From NCBI RefSeq assembly GCF_001194135.2, contig NC_068992.1:58268980-58317395 (forward strand): 48,416 nucleotides of DNA. Direction: 5' to 3'. Numbering within the stretch: the stretch's first letter is position 1; every line of letters begins with the position of its first letter. Made by a program: the position numbers and the translations under genes. This document shows, in pieces, positions 37,231 to 48,416 of this stretch. The notes under the pieces are model-generated. The model made no database searches. It was not told the origin of the DNA and saw only the letters and a program-made list of their open reading frames with translations. This stretch comes from Octopus bimaculoides. Its lineage: Eukaryota.

Positions 37231-37660
37231 GTGTGAAAGCACAAGTGAAAAATTATTTGCCTTCATTTATCTTTGAAACTGCTTGCTAATGAAATCTCTA
37301 AAAATTCAAATGCTATATATCATTTTAATATTCACTTTTCCATGCTTACGCAGAGCTTATTGAGGTAAATTCTCTATGACTGTATTCCCTTCCTGTTGCC
37401 AAGCCATACCTGTTTCCAAGTAAAGTAACATTGCTTAATGTCAGACAAATAAACAAGGAGTGCTCAATACAAATTGCAGAGGAAGCAAGTTTTCCTCTGT
37501 GTTATACAGAATTTGGATCTTCAGACCTGAAGATTGCAATGGCATGAAATTTGAGTCATGAGACAAACTCTCAGCTTCAGTTTTAGTAATAATAATAATA
37601 ATAATGATAAAAACAATTACACTAATGTTTCATTCCTGTTGCTTGGCTATTGATTTCCAG

Positions 37661-37666
37661 ATGATG
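37661..37666 (+). CDS. Candidate 6-nt microexon (ATGATG)
   Basis: actaat branch-like motif, pyrimidine tract with TGC, then tttccAG|ATGATG|GTAAGT. Confidence 0.3.
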
Positions 37667-38444
37667 GTAAGTCTTTAACACTGTCGACATGGCCAAATTC
37701 AATGGTACTGCTCAAGTGTCAAAACCATAGTGATATGTGTTAGGCAACTGATGATGGGAACATATGTTTAATATGCTTGTTTGTGAGTCTTTTAAACTTT
37801 GGGGGGGGGGGTTTCATTATTCTGAGTTTTCCTTCATTCTTGTAAAGTTGAACAAGTTTTGGGTTGATGGTTTATGGTGATTAAATATATTGACATTGCT
37901 TGATTGATAGATAATCTCATTTGGCTAGGACATGAATTACTGGTTTCTAGTTTTGGGACATTTTGTGGCATATATATCTTGTGTGTACAGTTAAATGTAT
38001 GATTACTACTGTATGAGTTCGAGCTCCATGTCGACTATCATTATCCATTCAGCTTCCAGTGTAGTGCTTAGTTGACCACTGTACTTAGCAGTTACTAGTT
38101 ATGGTAGTGGGAAATTAAGATAAACTGAAGCATAAATTATTAGTTTCAAATAAATATTCATATTTCCTACATATGATATATATTATATATATATATATAG
38201 TAGCAATATGACAGGCTTGCTGTGAGATTGAAACCAAAGCCTTATGGTTGGGAAGCAAAACTTCTTAACCACAGCCATTCTTCCTAGCTATGCATTTGAC
38301 AAAGACAGTTATCAAACTAGGTCAGATTACCACAAAGTGATTCATACAGTTCCTTGTCATGCCCTCAATGTAAATATTGAATCAATAATAGGTGTTTTGA
38401 TAGGTATTTTTCTATTAGACTTAAATTCTTATATGCTGCTACAG

Positions 38445-38507
38445 AAAAGACATCAGACAAAGCCATTTCAGTTTGTTCTTCGCAACAAATGCAAAATCTT
38501 CAAGGAG
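38445..38507 (+). CDS. Candidate 63-nt frame-preserving exon
   Basis: ttcttatatgctgctacAG|AAAAGAC...CAAGGAG|GTGAGT. Open in all three frames (phase 1: EKTSDKAISVCSSQQMQNLQG). Confidence 0.4.
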
Positions 38508-39142
38508 GTGAGTCCCCAATGAGATATTAACATTGCAGGAAAAAAAAAAAAAATAATAACCCTCCCCCAATCATAAAATTAATCTCAATTGACTCCTGAA
38601 GTAAACACAAAGTGTTTATTTTGACAAATATTAACCTATGTGCTGGTATGCAACAAGAAACAATGTTTCAGGTGCAATACTGAAGAAACACAAGGAAAAA
38701 GTTTATCTTAACCGTTCTTAACCACATCTGTGCTTATANNNNNNNNNNNNNNNNNNNNNNNNNNNNNNNNNNNNNNNNNNNNNNNNNNNNNNNNNNNNNN
38801 NNNNNNNNNNNNNNNNNNNNNNNNNNNNNNNNNNNNNNNNNNNNNNNNNNNNNNNNNNNNNNNNNNNNNNNNNNNNNNNNNNNNNNNNNNNNNNNNNNNN
38901 NNNNNNNNNNNNNNNNNNNNNNNNNNNNNNNNNNNNNNNNNNNNNNNNNNNNNNNNNNNNNNNNNNNNNNNNNNNNNNNNNNNNNNNNNNNNNNNNNNNN
39001 NNNNNNNNNNNNNNNNNNNNNNNNNNNNNNNNNNNNNNNNNNNNNNNNNNNNNNNNNNNNNNNNNNNNNNNNNNNNNNNNNNNNNNNNNNNNNNNNNNNN
39101 NNNNNNNNNNNNNNNNNNNNNNNNNNNNNNNNNNNNNNNNNN

Positions 39143-39179
<37 letters not shown>

Positions 39180-39443
39180 ATCATACATACACAAAGATGT
39201 ATAGAGAATTGTAGAACCTTAAAACAAAGTTAGATATTTGCATACTGAGCTGTGTTAATGGCATCTCTCATGCATGGGGAACAATGGTTAGAATATTATG
39301 CAATAGTAGTTGTAAAAGTAACAATATTAGGAGTTCTGTTAGTTCAAACTGACGATGAGGGCTCACAATATTCTTTTGATTTGTTAGTTCAGTGTTTTGT
39401 AATTTTCTGTTCGTGTTGCTGTAACTTCATTTTGCCCTTATAG

Positions 39444-39475
39444 ATTCTGTAAAGTTGCTAGATGAGGATATTTAA
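39444..39475 (+). CDS. Candidate terminal exon (DSVKLLDEDI*) followed by a 3'UTR-like tract
   Basis: Long pyrimidine tract ...cttcattttgcccttatAG|ATTCTG. Phase 1 is open to TAA. AATAAA at 39765-39770. Confidence 0.28.
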
Positions 39476-42079
39476 GTGAAGTAGTAAGAAGCTTAGAAAT
39501 TTAAGTACATAACGAGCAACCAATCAATATCATTATCTCATGCAACATTTGGTATTTTCATCTCATGCAAGAGTGGTGAAAAAAAATTTAAAAACAAAAA
39601 ATAACAAACAGCAAACAAAAAAGACCCAGAACTGTTCAAAACATTTTGTAATTAGAGATATATCAATATCCTTCAAAGGGATATTAAAACTATTAATTAG
39701 AAAATTAAAAATGTGACCTGTGGCATTCATGATCTTCCACAAAGGGCATTAGTAACACAAATGGAATAAAAAATAACCAGAATGCAATGAAAACTGAATG
39801 ACGGACTTACTTTCTCATGAGCTTATCCTACCTTCTAGGTTACGATACTATAAACAGAAAATATGCCTACAAGGGAACATTGTTCTTCCATTCTGAATGT
39901 AAGATATTTACTCCCCATTTTAAAGAAAGGAAGGCACTTTTTTTAATGATAAGTAGATAGACAGATTGATTGATTAATTAATAGATAAAAGATAAATTTG
40001 CTTACTACCCTGGGTGGACCAAAGAATTACAGAGAAGCACTTTCATTGGTTCATATATTTATTATTATTTTAAATATCACATGTTTCAAAACATTGTTTC
40101 TTTTGGAAATTACATACAGTGTTAAGTAAGAAAAAAATAAAGAATGAAAAATTCAAGTAAACCAGTTGAATTCTGGGAAAGAAAGAAAAACCAACATTTC
40201 AAATTTTCATATATTTTAATACAAGGATTGAAAGAGCACCAAATTAAATGAAATATTTTTAACACCACATGAAAATTAATTTTGTTTGTTTGCACTAATG
40301 ATAGACAACAGCTGTTAATGTGATTGTCTTTGAAGGCTCTTGTTTTTTTCTCTTTTTGGATTGATAATGTGATCACTAAAATTCAAAGACAGTTAACTGC
40401 AACATGTTACCATAAAAGATTGCATGGAATTTGTAACTATACTAGGAGTAGTTAAAGAAGTGCTAATTACATTACACGTGTCAGACTATCATTTATCTGA
40501 ACTACACAGATTTATAACGCCTATTCTTCCTTTCAGACTTTTAAAGTTTTAATCTAATGAATTTGTTCATGGATATTGCACAGTTAAATATTCCCAGAAA
40601 GACTTGGCACCCAAACCTTCCCAGGGCTGATAAAACAAAAGTAATGTTTAATTTAGTGCTTGACTTAGAGATGTACTGATATTTTTTTGTGACGCAAATA
40701 CCTGTGATACTATATCCATCATTTTCAACTCTTGGACCTCATTGTTTTGTTTTCTAGGACTCCTAGAGCTGGTTATCTGGTTTTTTGTAGTGTATAAAGT
40801 GACTGAGATTATAACACTCCTTCTGAACAAGAATCAAATCTATCACAGGGTTACCCAGCTGAAGGGACTGAAGCTATGTGAAATGAAGTGTCTTGCTCAA
40901 CAACAAATGCACCATCTGACCTGCAAATTTAAAACCACAATCTTGTGATCCTGAGTGCAACACCTTAACAATTAAGCCATGCATCTTTTGTCTAACATAT
41001 TCATAATACAATATCTATGATCCACTGTATTTATGATGTCAATTATGACAAGGGGAGTGTCTATGAAAAATCAACAACAACTACCACAGGGCACTTTTGT
41101 CTGAAAGCATCAGCTCCTCACTTTTTTCAAACCAATGTACATTGGTGAAAATTGTACATGCATACACATGATTAATTTGCTTTACATACACGTTTTTCCT
41201 ACTGGCTTGGGTTAGATGAGTACATATCATCATATTTGAAAGAGCAGGGCAGGTGGATGATTTGTTAACAGGGAAATGCCAACAAACATTACCATTTGTA
41301 GGTAGCTCAGGGCTTTTTTCACACAGATCGACATGTGTTCACATATATGACAAGCTTTATACAGTTTCCGTCTACCAAATTTAGTTACAAGGCATTGGTT
41401 AGCCCAGGAATATAGAAGACACTTGCCCAAGTTGTTGCACAGTAGGACAGAACCTGAAACCTCATGGTTTAGAAGCAAACTTTTTAAATACAGCCATGAC
41501 TTTGCACATACATACAGGTAAGGTGTGCAACAATAGAAGACATTTTCCCAAAGTACTGTACTGTGGGGTCAAACCAAGAATTACATGGTTATGAAACAAA
41601 CTTCTTAGCCACAGCCATGCATGTGCCCTCTACTTCTCTCAACAGAGTAAGACCAATAACTCACTAATGCATGAATTCTTTCTGCTATAGGTAAAGGCTA
41701 GAATTTTTTAGGGGAGAGAGCAAGTCGATTACATCAGCCTCAGAGCTCAAATGGTACTTATTTTATTGACACCGAAAGGATGAAAGGCAACACTGACTTT
41801 GGTGGAATTTGAGCTCAAATTATGAGTTGGAAACAATGCTGCTAAGCATTTTGTCCAGCATGCTAACAAGTCTGCTAGTTCACTGCTTTAAGAAGACAGC
41901 TAATTAATAAACAAATGTAATGAGCACAATTTTTTTATTCTTTATTAAAACTTTTTTTTTTTTACATATTAAGCTAAAGAGAAGGAAGATGCAATGTTTA
42001 TGAATTTTCTAGGATTTTTATAGACTGGGAGATAAAGTTTTGTCAATACAGTGCTGTCATAAAACATGGGTACACAGAG

Positions 42080-42300
42080 TAGTTGCCCATGGGCCCCCTT
42101 AAGTCTAATACTAACCTATCTAGCTGTGTTTGTGTACATAGGGGTTGTAGCATATGGCTTTGTCTAGTGGCCTCTAACGATGTGGAGGTGGCCTGGGATG
42201 AATATGGTGAGCTGAATGGCTATTGTGCATTGTGAACTGTTATAGGTTTGTGGTATGAAAGAAAAAATAACATGTAAAGGAGTTTTAATATGATTGATTA
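42080..42300 (-). mobile_element. CR1/L2-like LINE 3' remnant
   Basis: Decayed RGH..K....P..T..R-like reading. Confidence 0.35.
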
Positions 42301-42427
42301 CAATTGTTCATAGTCTAAGAAAGGAAAAAAAGACTCCACCATTTCAGATTTCGATTTTTTTTTTTTTAATAGAATACATTCAGAAGGCACCAAATTGATA
42401 GTAGAATACCAAATTTCAGTATCAGAT

Positions 42428-42432
<5 letters not shown>

Positions 42433-42494
<62 letters not shown>

Positions 42495-42517
42495 GCAACA
42501 ACAACAACAACAACAAC
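42433..42517. repeat. (AAC)n microsatellite
   Basis: Direct reading. Confidence 0.95.
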
Positions 42518-42722
42518 TTTTCCAAAATTTGGCACAAGCCCACCAATTTTGAGTGTAGGTGGAGTGTTAAGAAATACCATTTACACAAGCATTTGGCTGG
42601 TACTTTACTTTATCAACCTCAAAAGGATGAAAGGCAAATATGATCTCGGTGGTATTTGAGCTTAGAAGAAATGCAACCAAACATTTTGTCCAGTGCAGTA
42701 GTGATTCTGCCACTTATTGCCC

Positions 42723-42771
<49 letters not shown>

Positions 42772-43285
42772 CCTTTCTACTATAGACACAAGGGCCTGAA
42801 ATTTTGGTTGGCTACATTGACTCCAGTCCTTGACTAGCCCTTATTTTATTGATACCAAAACAATGAAAAGTAAAGCTGACCTTGGTGGAATTTGAATTTG
42901 GAATGTAAAGAGTTGGAAGAAATACAGTAAAGCATATTTTGCCAGTATTCTAATGATTTAAGCACAAGGCCATTGATTTTGATGGGAGGAGATTAGTTGG
43001 CTGGTGGTCCTTGAATAATGTAACGCAAATTTGACCTCGGCTGGATTTGAACTATGAACACAAAGTACAACAGTCTACAGTTGTTTGTAATTTAGGTATA
43101 AAGCCAAAAAATTTTAAGAGAAGGGATTAGATGAATATCTCAAGCTAAGTATTTGACTTATAGTATATTGCTTTATTTAAATGACTCCATAAGAACAAAA
43201 GGCAAATTTAACTTTGGCAGGAATTAAACTCAAAATATAAACAGCAGGGCCAAGGCATTTTTGTTCAATGCTCTAACAATTCAAC
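42518..43285 (-). mobile_element. Four main-family SINE copies in tandem
   Basis: Core motif; separated by (AAT)n. Confidence 0.8.
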
Positions 43286-44214
43286 TTATAAAGAAAGTAT
43301 TGATATTTAAACAGTTTATTCATTGTCTTTTTAATTCTTTATGAAAATAAATTAGATGACATCAAATTTTTGAACAGAAAACTCATCAGAAATAAAAAAG
43401 AGAAAAAGTATGAAACCATATTCATTTTTGTATACAAACAGATTTAAGTATATTTATATATGTTTCAAAGTGTAGGTAAGGGAATTGATATATGGAAGCA
43501 AGAATGCATGAATATAAGAATGAAGAGGAAAAAATTCAATCTTTGTAGATGAACTTGGAATGTAAAAGGGAGATAACAAAATGCCACAAAACAAATTTGT
43601 CTGTTGTTCATCCATATTGGCATCCACCATTTTATAGTTATATAAAATGACTTAAAAAACCAAATGTATGTATAGGTGAAATAATCACATGACTGAGATT
43701 CCAGCCTAACAAACAATAAAAAAAAAGAAAAGAAAAAGAATGAAATAAAAGAAAAAAAGTTGAAATCAAATAAAACTAGATGATTTATAACACTGTTTTA
43801 CAGCATATTAGAATGATGTAATCATAACTGACTGGTTGAATTATATAGACTATTAATAAATTATATAGACTATTAATAAAAATATTGGTAAAGTCATAGA
43901 CACCCTAAAGTCATAGGCACACTTGCTCTAAACTAAACGGAAAAGAACAACAACAAACAACTGAAGCCGAATAAATAAAAACTGAAAACTCGCAAAAGAT
44001 AATGAAGAAATTTAGATGTAGCCTATCCATTCTTTTGTATAAAAACAAAAAATTACATAAGTAAAATAAATAGCAGTTAACAAAACAAAAAAAAAAAAAG
44101 AAATAAATAAAACAAAACCCAAAAAATATTTAGGGGGCTAAAAGCATATTTAGAATTAAGTGCTAAACATGCTTTTGGCCTAGAGAAAAATTTGCATACA
44201 TAGTAATACTAGTA

Positions 44215-45665
44215 ATAATGGCTTCATATCTTGACACAAGGCCGGCAATAATAATAATAATCATTTCTACTAAAGGCACAAGGCCTGAAACTTTGGGGGA
44301 ATGGGGCTAGTCAATTACATTGACCAGTGTTTCACTGGTACTTAATCTACAGGCCCCGAAAGGATGAAAGGCAGAGTTGACCTCGGTGGAATAATAATAA
44401 TAATAATGGCTTCAAATTTTGACACAAAGCCAACAATAATGATAATAATCCTTTCTACTAATGGCACAAGGCCTGAAATTTTGAGTGGGGGGGGGGCTAG
44501 TCGATTAGATCGACCTCAGTATGCAACTGGTACTTAATTTACTGACCCTGAAAGGATGAAAGGCAAAGTCAACCTTAGCAGAATTTGAATTCAGGTCATA
44601 AAGACAGAGAAAATACCTGCTTGCCACGTTATTAATAATCCTTTCTATTATAGGCACAAAGCCCAAAATTTTAGGGGAGAGGGTTAGTTGATTACATACA
44701 CCCATGGCAGTTCCCATCTGGAATTTATTTTACGGACACAAAAGGATGCGAGGCAAAGCTGAGGTTGACTTTATATTTGAAATCTGCACATAATGAACCA
44801 GAAGAAATGCTGCTAAGCATTTTGTCTGATTCCACAAGTATTTCTGCCAGCTTGACATAATAATAATAATGATCATCATCATCGTTTAACATCTGCTTTC
44901 CATGCTAGCATGGGTTGGACGATTTGACTGAGGACTGGCGAACCAGATGGCTGCACCAGGCTCCAATCTGATCTGGCAGAGTTTCTACAGCTGGATGCCC
45001 TTCCTAACGCCAACCACTCCATGAGTGTAGTGGGTGCTTTTACGTGCCACCGGTACTGGCAACGGCCACGCTCAAATGGTGTTTTTACATGCCACCGGCA
45101 CGGGAGTCAGTCCAGCAGTGCTGGCAATGACCTTGCTCGAATGTTTTGCTCACATGCCATCGGCACAAGTGCCAGTAAGGCAAAGGTGGTAACGATCATG
45201 CTCAAATGGTGCTTTTTACATGCAACTGGCACAGAAACCAGAGCGCTGCTCTGGCAGTGATCCCACTTGGATGGTTCTGATAATAATAATAATCTTTCAA
45301 TTATAGGCACAAGGCCTGAAATTTTGGGGAAGGGGGCTAGTTGATTACATTGACCCCAATTCTCAACTGATACTTATTTCCCTGAACCCGAAAAGATCAA
45401 AGGCAAAGTCAACCTCTGTGGAATTTGAACTCAGTGCACAAAGATGGATGAAATGACACTAAGCATTTTGCCCAGCATGCTAACGATCCTACAAGCTTGC
45501 TGCCTTGGCATAATATGCTCAATTGGTACTTATTTACTGACCCTTAAAGGGATGAAAGGCAAAGTCAACCTCAGCGGAATTTGAACTCAGTATGTAAAGA
45601 CCCAGAAGAAATACTGCTAACTATTTTGCCCAGTGTGCTAAAGATTCCACCAGCTCACTACCTTG

Positions 45666-45714
<49 letters not shown>

Positions 45715-46108
45715 CCTTTCTGCTATAGGCACAGGGTCTGGAATTTGTGGGGAGGAGACTAACTGATTACATCAACCCCAGTGCATAACTGGTACTTATT
45801 TCATCAACTCTGAAAGGATGAAAGGCAAAGTTGACTTTGGTGGAATTTGAACTCAGAACGTAAAGACAGATGAAACACCGCTAAGCATTTAGCGCGGTAT
45901 TCATAATAATAATAATTCTTTCTATCTTAAGTATAAGACCTGAAATATCTGGGAGCGGGCTAGTCAATTATATTGACCTCAATGTTCAAGGGGAGGAGGG
46001 TCTAATTTTATTGACGCTGAAAGTATGAAAAGAAAAATGGATCTTGGATGAAATGCTGCTAAAAATTTTACCCAGTGTGCAAATGGTTCCACCAACTCAC
46101 TGCCTTAA
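44215..46108 (-). mobile_element. Nested cluster of ~8 main-family SINE copies around an RTE 3'UTR copy
   Basis: cctttctactataggcacaaggcctgaaatttt tail and core motif repeated. Confidence 0.85.
44872..45270 (-). mobile_element. RTE 3'UTR-only copy
   Basis: 44880-45045 is nearly identical to 5958-6125. Confidence 0.85.
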
Positions 46109-46436
46109 TAAAAATAACAACAACAAAAACAATAATAAATACCTTATGATAAGAATCAGAATGATTTCCAGAACTAGAGTGCATTAGAAAATATCAAAAA
46201 TGAATAAGTATTTAGGAACCTCTTACAAAAGAATTATAAAGAGAGAAAAATAAATAAATGAATAAAAATAGTTGATTGTGAATATTACTTCCAGTTTATA
46301 GACCCAGAATAATACATTCTTTATAGACATACATGTATGTGTAAGCATCTGTGTGTATACATGTACACATACACACACACATACATACATATAAGTACAA
46401 TTTGGTATTAAGTACAGTATGTAATCATTTATTTAG

Positions 46437-46476
46437 AACTCCATATGATCCATTCACTGCAAAGTTCTCCCCAAAA
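46437..46476 (+). CDS. Candidate 40-nt exon (TPYDPFTAKFSPK)
   Basis: aatcatttatttAG|AACTCC...CCAAAA|GTGAGT. Phase 2 to 0, compatible with 46647-46709 across a 170-nt intron. Confidence 0.33.
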
Positions 46477-46646
46477 GTGAGTCTGTGTCAATATGCATGT
46501 AATTCTGTGATGTAGGCACATAAATTGTAATATCCACAGAGAATATATAACAATTATTTAACCAAAGGAAAGAAGCAAGAGAGATTTATTTAATAATCTA
46601 TATTTTTACAATTACTTCAGTGACAATGACCTAATCACTTCTTCAG

Positions 46647-46709
46647 GGGAAGAACACCAAGCAATTTATTCCATGTTCTCCTTCTTCCTCTTCTGATGAC
46701 GATGAAATG
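46647..46709 (+). CDS. Candidate 63-nt exon (GKNTKQFIPCSPSSSSDDDEM)
   Basis: cctaat branch-like motif, cacttcttcAG|GGGAAG acceptor, GAAATG|GTAAGT donor. Phase 0-0, Ser/acidic peptide. Confidence 0.42.
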
Positions 46710-47265
46710 GTAAGTAAAACAATAGTAAGGGCATGAATCAACCTTGTTTTCCTCTGGTTATATAATCATTACATGCACATAAGCACACAAACATAAATAT
46801 ACATGCAGTCTTATATAGTGGATATTTAGAAGTTTTGTTCACTGAACTGTGGCCATAATAGGGCACAGGTTATAGTGAATTTGCACTAAACTCCAGTATT
46901 TATTTCGTAGTCTGGTCTGTTATTGAGCTCAGAAAAATGAAAGGTCAAACAGACCTGAGTACAGTTATATTTCAGAAAGAAACATAACAGAACCAACTAC
47001 CATAAGCTACTTCTACCATGTCATATATGTACATATTTGTTTTGACACCACGTTCCGAGTTCAGTTTCTGCCTAGTACAAATTTACCTTTTGTCAAATTC
47101 AAATTACGACAAACGTAAATAAACAAACGAAGTTTGCTTTTAGAAGCGTTGAGATGTCTTTTAGAAAGTTAAAGAAGTGATTTTAAATTCTCAATCGCAG
47201 AATAATGCTAATAATATAGCCTGAACAGGATAAACTATCCCTATTTTGCAGAGAAAAGTGTAGGT

Positions 47266-47339
47266 GGCTAGCTGTGGACTCGAACTCACATCCCCGTGAT
47301 TACATGTCACGATGCTTTGACCGATTAAGCTAAACTACC
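47266..47339 (-). pseudogene. Mirror copy of the tRNA-like unit
   Basis: Exact reverse complement of 47484-47557. Confidence 0.75.
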
Positions 47340-47483
47340 CACTACAAATTCCTCTGCAAATTAAGATATATAAATCTCGCTTTATGAGACGCTCTCATAT
47401 GTTAAATTCAAATTACGACAAACGTAAATAAACAAACGAAGTTTGAGATTTATATATATTAATTTGCAGAGGAATTTGTAGTG

Positions 47484-47557
47484 GGTAGTTTAGCTTAATC
47501 GGTCAAAGCATCGTGACATGTAATCACGGGGATGTGAGTTCGAGTCCACAGCTAGCC
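47484..47557 (+). pseudogene. tRNA-Thr(TGT)-like pseudogene or SINE head
   Basis: D stem GCTT/AAGC, anticodon stem CGTGA/TCACG with loop CATGTAA (A at position 33), T loop TTCGAGT with a shortened T stem, one acceptor-stem mismatch, TTTT downstream. Confidence 0.75.
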
Positions 47558-48133
47558 ACCTACACTTTTCTCTGCAAAATAGGGATAGTTTATCCTGTTC
47601 AGGCTATATTATTAGCATTATTCTGCGATTTACCTTTTGTCCTTACAGATAAATAAATTAGATGATAGAAACGATTTGTATTCTTATCTATTCATCCAAC
47701 ATTTAACATCCGATTTCCATGCTGGCATGGATTGTACAGCATGACAGGATCAGAAAAAAAAAAATGTATTTCTTCTAACATTTTATGTTCCATGTTCCAT
47801 TCCCTCCCAGATTCTTAGCCTTTCATCTCTCTGGAGTTGATGAAACAAAGTACCAGATAAAAGGGATCAATAATCTTACACCCTCAAAATTTCTAGCCTT
47901 ATATGCAAAAGAAGAGGCACTAACAATTATGTTAATCTACTGGCTCAAGCAGGTGGATTAGTAGATTTGTTAATGCCTTTGTCACCACTACCATAAGTGA
48001 AAAAATTTTATTTAAAATAAAATAAAACAGTGAAGAAGCTGCAACCAACAGAGAGTATCAATAACAGAAAACCTATAGACACATGGCTTCATCCTTTGTT
48101 TCCTCAAAACATCAGATGCCACACCATTCATAC

Positions 48134-48168
<35 letters not shown>

Positions 48169-48416
48169 CTATAATGTAATCTAATGTATATTGAAGAATG
48201 TACGGTATTATAGATCCACTTTAGCCAATCATACCAATTGGTTTCACACTGCGTATGGACATTAGATAACCATTGTGGTGAAGTAACACCAGATGCTCTT
48301 CTATTTAAGAATTTAGGCACAAAATACATTAGGAAGTACAAATATTAATATCAAAATGCTTCCTCATGTATTTTGTATGTATACTTTAATGATATATATA
48401 TATATATATATATATA

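Larger units (their letters stand above)
47095..47630. mobile_element. Fold-back insertion: 186-bp inverted arms with a tRNA-like unit, 42-bp direct repeat and 14-bp TSD
   Basis: Arms 47193-47378 and 47445-47630 (one mismatch seen). Direct repeat 47095-47136 and 47404-47445. atttaccttttgtc at 47081-47094 and 47628-47641. Confidence 0.9.

Noticed and set aside
36976-37266. 96-aa minus ORF as a host exon
   Set aside because: Better explained as a decayed RLE-LINE C-terminus.
47379-47445. Hammerhead ribozyme in the fold-back spacer
   Set aside because: No CTGAnGA...GAAA core found by eye.
47484-47557. Functional tRNA-Thr gene
   Set aside because: A instead of U at position 33, a T-stem deletion and an acceptor mismatch; it also lies inside a TSD-flanked insertion.
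48235-48300. Possible 66-nt minus exon (RASGVTSPQWLS...)
   Set aside because: Moderate splice sites, two open frames and no link to other exons; within chance expectation.

Overview
AT-rich, repeat-dense eukaryotic DNA with five N-gaps. The SINE, RTE and (AAT)n/(TA)n/(GATA)n landscape resembles an octopus (coleoid cephalopod) genome; this is an inference from repeat recognition, not a database hit. No long intact gene is present. Most listed ORFs are microsatellite or gap artefacts, or decayed LINE fragments. The main LINEs are a restriction-like-endonuclease (R4/Dong-type) element at 3.3-5.2 kb and an RTE element at 10.6-12.7 kb. The best host-gene evidence is a 321-nt phase 0-0 minus-strand exon (16538-16858) encoding an acidic, Asn-rich peptide with an internal repeat. 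Weaker candidates are small minus-strand exons (1913-1961, 13787-13995, 179-248) and plus-strand small or micro-exons (37.3-39.5 kb, 46.4-46.7 kb). The most unusual structure is a young ~530-bp insertion at 47.1-47.6 kb: two near-identical 186-bp arms carrying a tRNA-like Pol III unit, arranged head-to-head and flanked by a 14-bp target-site duplication. Also notable are the very strong one-strand polarity of the main SINE family, its three interchangeable 3' tails, and many RLE-LINE fragments at (AAT)n. All coordinates and counts were read by eye.
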